Part shown: positions 54,398 through 64,000 of the stretch, one piece after another
How the letters are laid out: every line of letters starts with the position of its first letter
Numbering within the stretch: the first letter of the stretch is position 1
Assembly (NCBI RefSeq): GCF_009914755.1
Contig: NC_060944.1
Source of the DNA: the human T2T-CHM13v2.0 reference genome, Homo sapiens
Reading direction: 5' to 3' (one strand)
DNA length: 64,000 bases
Program-made: the position numbers and the translations under genes
The notes under the pieces: generated by a model
What the model saw: the letters and a program-made list of their open reading frames with translations, nothing else
What the model was told of the DNA's origin: nothing
Database searches by the model: none

Positions 54398-55140
54398 GAG
54401 TGTGTTTGAGAGTGTGAGTGTGTGCATCTGTGTGAGTTTGTGCGTGTGAATGTGAGTATGAGTATGTGTGTCTGTGTGTGCATGTGTGTGAGTGTGCATG
54501 CATGTGTGTGCTTGTATGAGTGTGAGAGTATATGTGTATGTGTTTGAGTCTGTGTGCTTGTGTGTGTGTGCATGTGAGTGTATGTGTGTTTGTATGTGGC
54601 CTGTGTGTATGTGTGTGTGCTTATGTGAGTGTATATGAGTGTGTGCTGTGTGAGTGTGCATGTGTATGAGTGTGCGTGTGCTGTGAGTGTGCATGTGTGT
54701 GTGGGTGGGTATGCATGTGTGAGTGTATATGAGTGTGTGCTGTGTGAGTGTGCATGTGTATGAGTGTGCGTGTGCTGTGAGTGTGCATGTGTGTGTGGGT
54801 GGGTATGCATGTGTGAGTGTATATGAGTGTGTGCTGTGTGAGTGTGCATTGTGTGAGTGTGTGTGTGACTGTGTGGGTGGGTATGCATGTGTGAGTGTAT
54901 AAGTGTATGTGCTTGTGTGTGCATGTGTGTATGGGGGTGTGACTGTAGGCATGTGTAGTGTGTGAGTGTGTATGTGCTTCGTGTGCTTGTGTGAGTGTAT
55001 ATGAGTGAGTGCATGCTTGTGTGAGTGTGCATGAGGGGGTGTGTAGGAATGTGTGAGTGTATGAGTGTGTATGTGCTTGTGTGAGTGTGTGTGCATGTGA
55101 GTGTGCATGTGTATGAATGTGTGTGCATGCATGTGTGTGT
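54398..55140. repeat. Complex TG-rich low-complexity repeat with internal ~84-bp duplications
   Basis: About 740 bp of TGTG/TGAG/TGCA/TATG units. Confidence 0.95.
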
Positions 55141-56193
55141 CTGTTGCTAAGGGAGAGGACTTAGCATTAGTGAGCAGCAGGAGACGAAAGGGGAAGCAAG
55201 TTTGGGGTTCATGCAGTCATGTGACAGGCTCTGGGGCTTCCTCTGCAGGCCTTAGGGAACAAGCCTGGTTTGGAAGCACTGAGGCTGAGGTGGTGGTGAC
55301 AGGCCCTCACTTGGTTTCACCCTGGGGGTGTAGGTGGGCACAGGAACAATAGCTGAGCAAGCAAGAGGGGACAGAGGCTGCATGCAGGGCCTGAGCCACC
55401 TAGAAGGAGGCTGCTTTCCCAGCCCGGCCCTCCCGCAGCGCCTGTGTGCTCATAGGAAAATCCTCCTCCCGAGAGATTTATGGCTGGCGGCTGCGACAGC
55501 TCTCGTGTCCTTTGCAGGGGGAGCTTGGCTACTCCTGCCTTGGGCTTAGGCAGAGCGCAGTTCTCTCTCAGAAAGTCTAGAGCCTCGCAGCTGAGCAGAG
55601 CTTTGGGGCAGCCCCAGGTTGCTCTGTGAAACAAGGTGCCACCAGGCAGCCAAGGTGACAAGGGGCCCGCCATCTGACAGGGTGGCTTGGATTTGGAGGA
55701 GGTCACTGGACGTCCGTGCGGATGGCCCGGGGCCCTGGCGTGTGTCCTCCTCTCATCTGCACCTGGTCCTTGCCCCAGCAGCTGAGTGTGTTGTTGGGGA
55801 AGGAAATGAGAACAAGGAGTGCCCTCCTGGGGATGCCGTGAGGGTGGCGCAGCATCTGCTTTGCACTGGGCCCATGTCGCTCCTTTGCCAGGTATGTGAG
55901 CTGGCTCAGCCCTGTGGGGAGCAGACACTTGGGCATGTGCTTGGAGACATGGCTTTCGACACTCGCCGTCCTTTACTGAGCTCTGCGCACTGGCCCTGGG
56001 CTGTGCACTCAGCTCGCCTTGTCCCACTGAACCTCACCACATTCCCCTGGGGAAGGGACGGTCGCTGACTCCCTTCTGCAGATGTGGGAACTGGGGAAAG
56101 TAGTAAAATTCAGGAGGAAGTGGGTGAGGCTGACTTGGACTTTGGACCTTTGTCTTGAGAGTCCACAAGCTTGGCCTTGTCGCCATTTCTTTG

Positions 56194-56452
56194 GGCAAGG
56201 GTTTCTCAGCCTCAGCACTCCTGACATTTTGTGCAGATCGTCCTCTGTGGTGGGGCCATCCTGTGCATTGCGGGGTGTTCAGCAGCATCCCTGGCCTCAA
56301 CCCACTACATGCCAGTAGGTCCCTCCAGGTGTGACAACCAAAGATGTCACCTTGAGGGCAGGTGTGACAACCAAAGATGTCACCTTGAGGGCAGGTGTCA
56401 CAACCAAAGATGTCACCTTGAGGGCACAGTCACTTCTGGCTGAGACCCACTG
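56194..56452. mobile_element. MER20 DNA transposon containing a 3x33-bp tandem repeat (56326-56426)
   Basis: 'ttctcagcctcagcact..tgacatttt...ctgtgcattg...cagcagcatccctggcctc..cccacta.atgccagtag...gtgtgacaaccaaa...gctgagacccactg'. Confidence 0.85.
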
Positions 56453-57228
56453 CTTTAGGGAAAGGCTAAGATGACCTCGAAATGTCACCACCTTCCCCTT
56501 TTCCTCCAACCCCAGCCCTAGTGCCAACCCTCTCTGCTTTCCTAACCTGCTGACAGTGAGCTCTCAGATTCTGTCGCCTGCATGAGGGTGAGCCTCCATC
56601 AGCCTGGAGAGACAGTCCTGGAAGTGGACACTTCTGCCTGCCTTTCTGGTCACTGGTGCTGCCTTGAGCAGAGTGCCTGTGAGTTTTGGGGGATTGGAAC
56701 GAGCCTTCAGCACCTCCCCGTGCCACTCTAGCAAGCCTTGGGTCACACTCAGGCTAAGTTGTCTGAGGGATTGAGAGGGTGACAAGATCCCAGGGATGTT
56801 GAAAGTTGTCTGTAGAACACTAGTGAGAGCATGGGGACGTTGGCGCCCCAACACTCTGCCGGCAGAAGTCAGAACAAAGCCTCCTGTCATTGGGAGCTGG
56901 GGCCCAGACTTGAAGCTCATGTGTTCTTTGATCCAGCTGTTCACCTCTGGGAAGAATCCCACAGAAGTGTAGGCATGTCTGCTGAAGGCTCTTCATTCCA
57001 GCCACTGTGTGACAGTGTGAGGAAGAGGAAATGAGTGCTGAACAGCAAAAATACAAAAAAGAAAAGCCAATGGCTGCTGTACAGATGACGATAGACTGGT
57101 TACCAGTCTCTATGGTTTTCCTCTCTCCCTGTAGCTGTAAAATTAGCAATGTGACTTCGTGGCATCTCCCATCGAGAAGTGCAGACCTTGAATACAGGCT
57201 GGTCTGGGGCTTGCTCTGGTCAAGGGGC

Positions 57229-57315
57229 AGAATGAATGACAGTCAGCCTAAAATGAATGACAGCCAGCCTAGAATGAATGACAGCCAGCCTAAAATGAAT
57301 GATAGCCAGCCTAGA
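57229..57315. repeat. 4x21-bp tandem repeat ARAATGAATGACAGCCAGCCT at the start of a MaLR-like LTR (to ~57677)
   Basis: Units at 57229, 57250, 57271 and 57292. MLT1-like 3' end 'ttgtttgttacgcagcaa...ctgata' near 57650. Confidence 0.9.
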
Positions 57316-58692
57316 GTTCCACACATCGGGAGACTTGCTTGATTCTGAGCTCTCAAAACCCTGTCTAGCCACCATGAGAACAAGCCTGGACTGGGCTGCA
57401 GAGGGTGAGAAACCAGGAGGAGGAGAACCCAGCTGTCCCAGTCAAGGCCAATCTCGTCTGCTGACAGCCAGCCAAACCCCAAACACAAGAGAGAGCCCAG
57501 CCAAGTACAGCAGAGTTGTACATCTGAACTACACCTGACCACAGATGAGTAAGTCCAGAGAGTCTAGAAGAACCACCCTGCTTACCCCCAGACTCACAAA
57601 CAATCATCAGTGTGTCTTGTTTCATAACATTAAGTTTGGGGCTTGTTTGTTACGCAGCAAAAGCAGACTGATAAACAGTGAATAGATCAAGGCTCAGATG
57701 GAAGAGCTGGTTTGCTTGAAGTCACATTACTAGTTGATCTTGGATCCAGAGTGTAGACCCTGGCCCTAGTGGAGTCAGTTCCCATAATAACATAACCAGA
57801 GTCAATAAGGGGTTTAATGAAACAACCTTAAAAAACTTCCGGTAGAAATAAGCTTCACGTCATGACTGCACGTGGCCCAGAATCTCTGCAGTGGCCCTCA
57901 GCTTCTAGGCTGAGCAGCAAGAGAACATCTGGGCATGTTTATAGCTCAGACTCTATTTCTTAGCGCTTTGTGGGGGTTCCTGGCTCATGGAAATGAACAT
58001 CTTGGGCTGCACTGAGGCAAGAGAAATGCAATAGAGGCAAGGATTCCAAAAACAGCTCTAATACAAGTAACAGCAAAGCTCCCTTCATGGAACACACGGC
58101 TGGGAGGACCTCGCCATTCTGGAAAGGCAAGGCTCAGTGGGGGAGATGTGAATGCTCTTCCCTGATTTGGGGGCTTGGTCCTAGGGAGCCAAGGCTGTGC
58201 ATCACGAACGGAGGCCTTGGGGGAAGGTGGGCAGTGGAGTAGCAGCTTGGACTCAGTGCCATCCTGCAGAACTTCTTTGATCTCAGCTTTCCCTTGGTAA
58301 CATAGGGGTAATAATTGTCCTTCCCCATTAGGCAAAGAAGCAAGAGAACAGTGTTCCTGAAAGAAAAAAGGCTGTGCAGAAAACTGTAGCATACTTGTCA
58401 AGTCTGTGCACTTTAGGTCAGGTATGGTTCTTGCCTCTTAAGAACCGTGTCAACCTGGATAAGTTGCTTAACTTTTGGAACCTTGTTTTTGTCATTGTAA
58501 AAGGGAGGGAGCATTTGACCATGAGAATACAAGGACAGTGATCATGGACGGAGGCCATGGTAAGCCTCTTCCCCAGATTCCCCTACCCTAGTGCTTTAGC
58601 CCGGGACCTGTCATGTTATAGGCTCTGGATAAATCATGGCTGAATTCACTGAAAAAAATAGTCACCATTCACTGAATACCTACTACATGCCA

Positions 58693-58999
58693 TGTAGTTT
58701 ATAAAGGAAAGAGGTTTAATTGACTCAGAGTTCAGCATGGCTGGAGAGGCCTCAGGAGACTTAACAATCATGGCAGAAGGGGAAGCAAATATGTTCTTCT
58801 TCACATGGCAGCAGGAAGAGAAGTGAGAGCGAAGTGAAGGGGGAAGCCCCTTGTGAAACCATCAGATCTCAATTACTTTTACCATACGGGGGAGACTACC
58901 CCCATGATTTAATTATCTCTACCTGGCCCTGCCCTTGACACATGGGGATTATTACAATTCAAGATGAGATTTGGGTGGAGACACAGCCAAACCATATCA
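58693..58999 (-). mobile_element. THE1/MST MaLR LTR
   Basis: 'tttataaaggaaagaggtttaattgactca...gagatttgggtggagacacagccaaaccatatca'. Confidence 0.85.
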
Positions 59000-59330
59000 C
59001 AGACCAAGTAGGATATGCATACACATATAATGAACTGGCTCCCATGACTGTGAGAGCTGGCATGTCTGACCTCTGCAGGGCAGGCCAGTAAGCTGGAAAC
59101 TGAGGTAGCAATTCTATGTCACAGTCTCAAGGCAGAATTCCTTCTTATTTAGGAAACCTCAGTTTTTGCTCTTAGCTCCTTCAACTGATTGGCTGAGGAT
59201 CATCCCCATTATTGAGGGTAACCTCCTTAAAGTCAACTGATTGCAAAGGTGAGTCATTTCTACAAGTATCTTCACTGCAACATTTCAATGAGTGTTTGGC
59301 CAAACAACTGGCACCATAGCCTGGCTGCCA
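59000..59330 (-). mobile_element. MLT2-type LTR fragment
   Basis: Similar to the 18759-19282 element ('gcagaattccttctt...ttcaactgattgg.tgagg...aaagtcaactgatt...caaacaactgg'). Confidence 0.65.
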
Positions 59331-59578
59331 GATTCTGGTTTGTGCTGCTGGGTGACAGCCAAGACCACCTATACTCCTTCTCTGCATAGGTGTGCAGAGA
59401 AGGAGCAGGTTTGGGGGGCCATTATCACACACCTCATATTCTAAAGGCAGGCTGTTTCCACACCATGACACTGTTTCCACAAATGTGCTTTATAAGCAGC
59501 TTACTTTGTGGCTGGTGATTCCCTTCTGGGGGAAAATTGCCTCCTCTCCCTCATTCTTTCAAGATTGATCAAGACCAG

Positions 59579-59606
59579 ATGTGTGTGTGTGTGTGTGTGT
59601 GTGTGT
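59579..59606. repeat. (TG)14 microsatellite
   Basis: Pure TG run. Confidence 0.95.
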
Positions 59607-59707
59607 GGTGGGGGCAGTGAAGGGTGACTGGATAAAGATGTGAATTTAGACCCCAGCTCCATTCCAGAGCCAACCAAATTGTAATTCACTCTCAGCTTTT
59701 CCTAATA

Positions 59708-59800
59708 TTAGGTTTGTGCCAAAGCAATTGCGGTTTTTGCCATTAAAGTAATGCCGGTAAAGTAATGGCAAAAATGGCAATTGCTTTTGCACCAACCTAA
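59708..59800. mobile_element. MADE1 (Hsmar1-derived MITE)
   Basis: TA-flanked near-perfect palindrome TTAGGTTTGTGCCAAAGCAATTGCGGTTTTTGCCATTA ... TAATGGCAAAAATGGCAATTGCTTTTGCACCAACCTAA. Confidence 0.92.
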
Positions 59801-60099
59801 TAGAATAGAGTCAAATGCAAAATCCCACGCCAGCAGCAAACGGTCCCTCGCTGCTCTCCCAGTCTCCCTGGGCAGCGGGACCCACAAGCACAGCCCTCTC
59901 CTCCTGTATGCCATTCTGTGGGATTCTGGAAAGTCCAAAGGGATGATCTAGGGCAAAGAATCACCCATGGCCCGGCACCACGAGGGCCGGAATAGTACAT
60001 GCCTGAGGCCTGGGTCCAGGACTTGCTTCCAAAATTGCACTCAAGGCTCTCTTGCCTTTGGGATAAAAGACCAATTCTCTGATAAGGCTTGTGATATTG

Positions 60100-60340
60100 A
60101 TTTTTAAAAAGTCAAAAGAAGAATATTTTTTTGATACAAATAATGATATGAAATTCAAATTCTGGTGTCCACAAATAAAGTTTTATTGGAACACATTCAT
60201 GCCTGTTCATCTGCCAATTGTCTGTGGCTGCTTTCTTGACACAATGGCAGAGTTGAGTAGTTTTAATAACCATGTGACTCACAAAGTCTAAGATACATAC
60301 TACATGGCCTTTTACGGAAAGATTTCCTGTTCCCCTACCC
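60100..60340. mobile_element. MER58-like hAT-Charlie fragment
   Basis: 'aaataaagttttattggaacac...ggctgcttt...acaatggcagagttgagtagt...tggccttttacggaaa'. Confidence 0.7.
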
Positions 60341-60779
60341 CCGTTTAGAATTGTGCAGCCTTCCCTGCTGGTTATTAAATAACCACCACCCTGAGCTCCC
60401 AAAAGCCCACTTCTAACCCTCCCCAGGAACCTTCGGGACCTCTCCCAATCTATGGATAAAGCTTGTCTGTCTGGAGAGCTCTGGAACCCTGTGAGAGCCT
60501 ACGCACGTGTTGTTCTCATTGATGGTGCCCACTTTGTATCTGTGCATTGTAGTTTGAGTCCCATCCCTGATTTTCTCACTGCTCCTTCAAAGATGCTTCC
60601 TCCCTGCCTCAGAGTCTTAGCCCATGCTGTTACTTGTGCCTGGGATGTGCTTCCCTACATCTCCACCACCATGCACCAAGTCTGCAAATTCCTTCTCATC
60701 CTCAGATCTTGTCTGAAGTATCAAGAGGGCCTCTTGTCCTCCAACATTAGGTCTGGTCCTTCATTACACACTTTGGAGG

Positions 60780-61750
60780 AAGGTCACTGTGCAGCCACAC
60801 TTAAGAAGTAGCCGGTCATCCTCCATCTCCCCGAGGGCACAGTATCTACATAAACTATTTGGAATTCTTCTGCCTGGGAGATTTATCTCTGTTCTCGAAT
60901 TTATTTACTTAGTCAATCATTTATTTAATCAGTGTGGTCTCATGGATATTTATTTTTACTTTGGGTTACAATTCAATAACATTTTATGTATTTTATTGCA
61001 CAAATTGTCCCAGCTTTGGGCACGGGGAGCTCTTTCAGCTGGCTCCTGTGTCCCTTTGACATAGTCTCATCGTTGTTAGTGGGATCTTTATTACTTGCTT
61101 TACCATTTCCTTACTTTCTGGCACTATAAGACACCCCAAGGTCATCTTGTATCAGTCCTACAAGAAGCTACTTTCCCAAGGGTCCTTTGTTCCTTTTACT
61201 GGACAATGATATTAGAAACCAAGATCTGGGTACAGGTGGGCTCATTGCTATAGGGATGCTGTTGCTTGTAGACTATCTCAGCTGACAGAGTAAGGGGATC
61301 CGATTGTGCATATTAACCCATGTATATGCACAGATCTATAAATATTTTTATTTGGAACCACCTGTATCCATGTAAAGCTCAACGTGAGTTCACACTAATG
61401 TCTCCAACTCTAATCCATCACCACATGGATCATTTGGCCTCCACCCCTTGCTTATCTCACTCCAGTGGTGAAAAGCTGGTGTTCACCATCTTCTGTCCAT
61501 TTACTTCATTATTCAGTTGCCAGGGACATGGATATTAGTAACAGAATTATTCAATGGTGCCTCTCTTGACCCTGTGGGAAGCAACCTTATCAGCTCGAGT
61601 CAAGTGCTTCTGTACAGTTCCTTTTGTCTTTAGTGTTACTGACTTCACTCATTTCCAAAGTTACTAAAGTCAGTACCTTTCCTTTTCTGTGGGGTTGTCT
61701 CAAACATTTGCAATGCATTTAGATTGTTTGGTCACATTGTGCCCTTCCTT
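60780..61750 (-). mobile_element. Old L1 (L1M-type) 3' fragment
   Basis: T-rich + strand with 'gtatctacataaactatttggaattcttctgc', 'tattagaaaccaagatctggg'. Confidence 0.6.
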
Positions 61751-62635
61751 TTGGGATGAGGGATTCTTTTCATGAGTTAAGCACTGGGGCTCTGGCTTTC
61801 TAGAGAAGGGGCATGGAAAGTCTGTGTGGGGTACTTAGCAGAGGAGAGAAGGAGGATGACAGCACCCTTGATGGTGACACTACCTCACTAGCCCCCTGGC
61901 CTGGATTTAAAGTTTGGATGGTGAGAGGTTTTAAGGCCACAAACAAAGGACATTGATTTCCACAGGGATTTTGCAAGACTCTGGGCTCAAGCAGCCCCAT
62001 TTTTGTGCCCAGGTGATAAATTATGACCACAAGTTGGGGAGAGGAATCCATCCTAACTCTTGGTTTTCTAGGGTTTGTGGAACTGGGGTTACTGGAAGGC
62101 AGCTCCTTTGGCAGATGCATCTATCACCCTGGCCAACATCGAGAGTCCCTTGGGCAGCTCCTGGAGAGGGAAGACACTGAGATGCACAAGAGGAGGCAGA
62201 GACAGAAGGGCCGATCAGGGAGGGTCCTTTGAGAGGACTGAAGCTGGCAGGCTCCAGGGTCATCCAGACATACTTGGGGCCTCTGTAAGGGGCTAGATTG
62301 GGTCCTGGGTAGGTACTGAGGTTCATAACCAGCATCACGTCTCAACACAAATGTTCATCTGCCCCCATGGGTGTCTACTATAGGTTGATGAGGCACAGGA
62401 GAGTGGAGGGGGTTTGGACCAGAGCTGTTCTTATTCCTGCTCTGCTGCCTGCTAGCCCTGTGGCCTTGAGCCAAGCATGTAACTCCTTCAAGCATTAATT
62501 TGCTCATCTTTAAAGTACGGAGAAATAATAATCATAGTACCTGCCTTAAAGAGTTGTGGTGAGGATCAATAAATTAATTCATTTCATTAGAACAGTGATT
62601 GGCACATAGTAAGGGCCCTGCGGAATGACAAAAAT

Positions 62636-63012
62636 AGTGATATTGATGATGATAATGATAATAGTGATGGATGATGATTATGGTGATAATTGGTGATGAT
62701 GAAGATGATATTGATGGTGATAATGATAATGATGGGTGATGATTATGGTGGTGATTGGTGATGATGATTATGACAATGATAATGGTGATGATTGATGTTG
62801 ATAATGAAGATGATGATAATGGTGATTAATGATAACAGTGATGATGATGATGATAATGATGGTGAGGATGATGGTGGGGATGATAATGAGGAAATGATGG
62901 ATGATGACTATGGTGATGATTGATGATGATGGTAACAATGAGGATGATTGATGCTGATAATGAAGATGATGATGGTGATGATAATGATAATTAATGATGA
63001 TGGTGATGATGA
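62636..63012. repeat. (GAT/GGT/AAT)n degenerate trinucleotide repeat
   Basis: About 375 bp of ATG-family triplets. Confidence 0.95.
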
Positions 63013-64000
63013 CCATCATCACCTCAGGCTATTGGGGCCTATGATATTGGGGTTACATTTGGAAGAAATTCATGATTTTCACCTTGGGAGTCTTTATTTG
63101 ACTCACATGCTATTGCTGAGTGGGCCAGGAAGCATGTGCAGAACTGGAAATTGAGAACTTGAAGTTTGGTTTTGGTCAAGTTCCCCAGAAGCAGCCCCTA
63201 AAATGAAGGTCTGTGCATAAGTGATTCATTAAAGGGGCACTCCCCCAAAAAACTGGTCAGGTAGAGATAGAAGGTACAGAGAGAAACTGGAGAGGGAAGG
63301 GGAAGAGACCAAGGAAAGGTGAGGCTTCACCTGAGTCCCAGCTTCAGCCTGAGCCTGTGGGGAGCTCTGGATCATAAATCTTATCTTGAGGTTCGTCTTG
63401 CTCAAGACAAAGGAGCTGGGCTTCTGCATTTCTGCGTCAATCTACCCTCGGCTGTGACCTGCCCTGGGGGATGAGGGTTTGAGAAACCAGACTCCCAGGC
63501 ACTCCTGGCCCTCAGTCCAAGTGAGCCATTCCAGTAGCACAGGCATCATCCTCTAAAGAAGACTGACACTGTGAGCTGTTAGAAGCAAACACACAGAAGC
63601 CGGGTGGTGGCGGGTGGGGAGGGGACACACATTAGGGAGATCAGAGGCATGCGGGTGGAGCACTGATGTGTCTGTGCACCACGGAGTTCACATCTACTCT
63701 TCCAGTAATGGCATGTGATCTCGAGCAAGACGCTTCATATAGTCACTCACTCAAATGTTTTCAGGTACTGACTCCAAGCCAAGCACAGTGGATGGGACTC
63801 CTTGGAAGCTGAATGTCCAGCATGTGCATCTGACTGACTGACAGCTGTCACCTGTGTGACACTGGGGAACTGCCTGGAGCCCTGGGTCCTCCCCCTCACA
63901 AGAGAACCTGTTGGAATATTCCAGGAAGTGATTTTGTTTAGACAGGTAACCCTGAGCCTACTCTAAATTCATTTGAAAAAGTGAATCTTCACACACTTTG

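Noticed and set aside
54249-55132. His/Thr-rich ORFs of 248-274 aa
   Set aside because: Translation artefacts of the (CA)-rich simple repeat.
62768-63154. His/Ile- and Met-rich ORFs
   Set aside because: Artefacts of the (GAT)n repeat.

Overview
This is human/primate genomic DNA, not prokaryotic. It contains one complete protein-coding gene, EDN3 (preproendothelin-3), on the + strand. The gene has a CpG-island promoter (~13570-14430) and five coding exons: 14135-14186, 14732-15044, 34340-34516, 35695-35740 and 37654-37782. These splice at GT-AG junctions into the 238-aa precursor containing mature ET-3 ([21 protein letters not shown]). A ~1.5-kb 3'UTR ends after AATAAA at 39290. The rest is intronic or intergenic DNA rich in Alu, MIR/L2, MaLR/ERV LTRs, DNA-transposon fossils, microsatellites and a G-rich minisatellite. 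All other ORFs in the track look like noise. I found no convincing new multi-gene system. The best leads are: (1) a donor/acceptor matrix at exons 4/5 giving six C-termini in three frames; (2) a young AluYb8 nested in an AluS nested in a hAT element; (3) an intronic MER41 LTR that keeps a GAS site; (4) a ~10.5-bp-periodic, self-complementary repeat in intron 1; (5) an unexplained 71-bp dispersed duplication in intron 2; (6) a candidate AluJ poison exon; (7) upstream AUGs; (8) a G-rich VNTR just behind the poly(A) site. Repeat subfamily names come from recalled consensus sequences and need RepeatMasker/Dfam confirmation.
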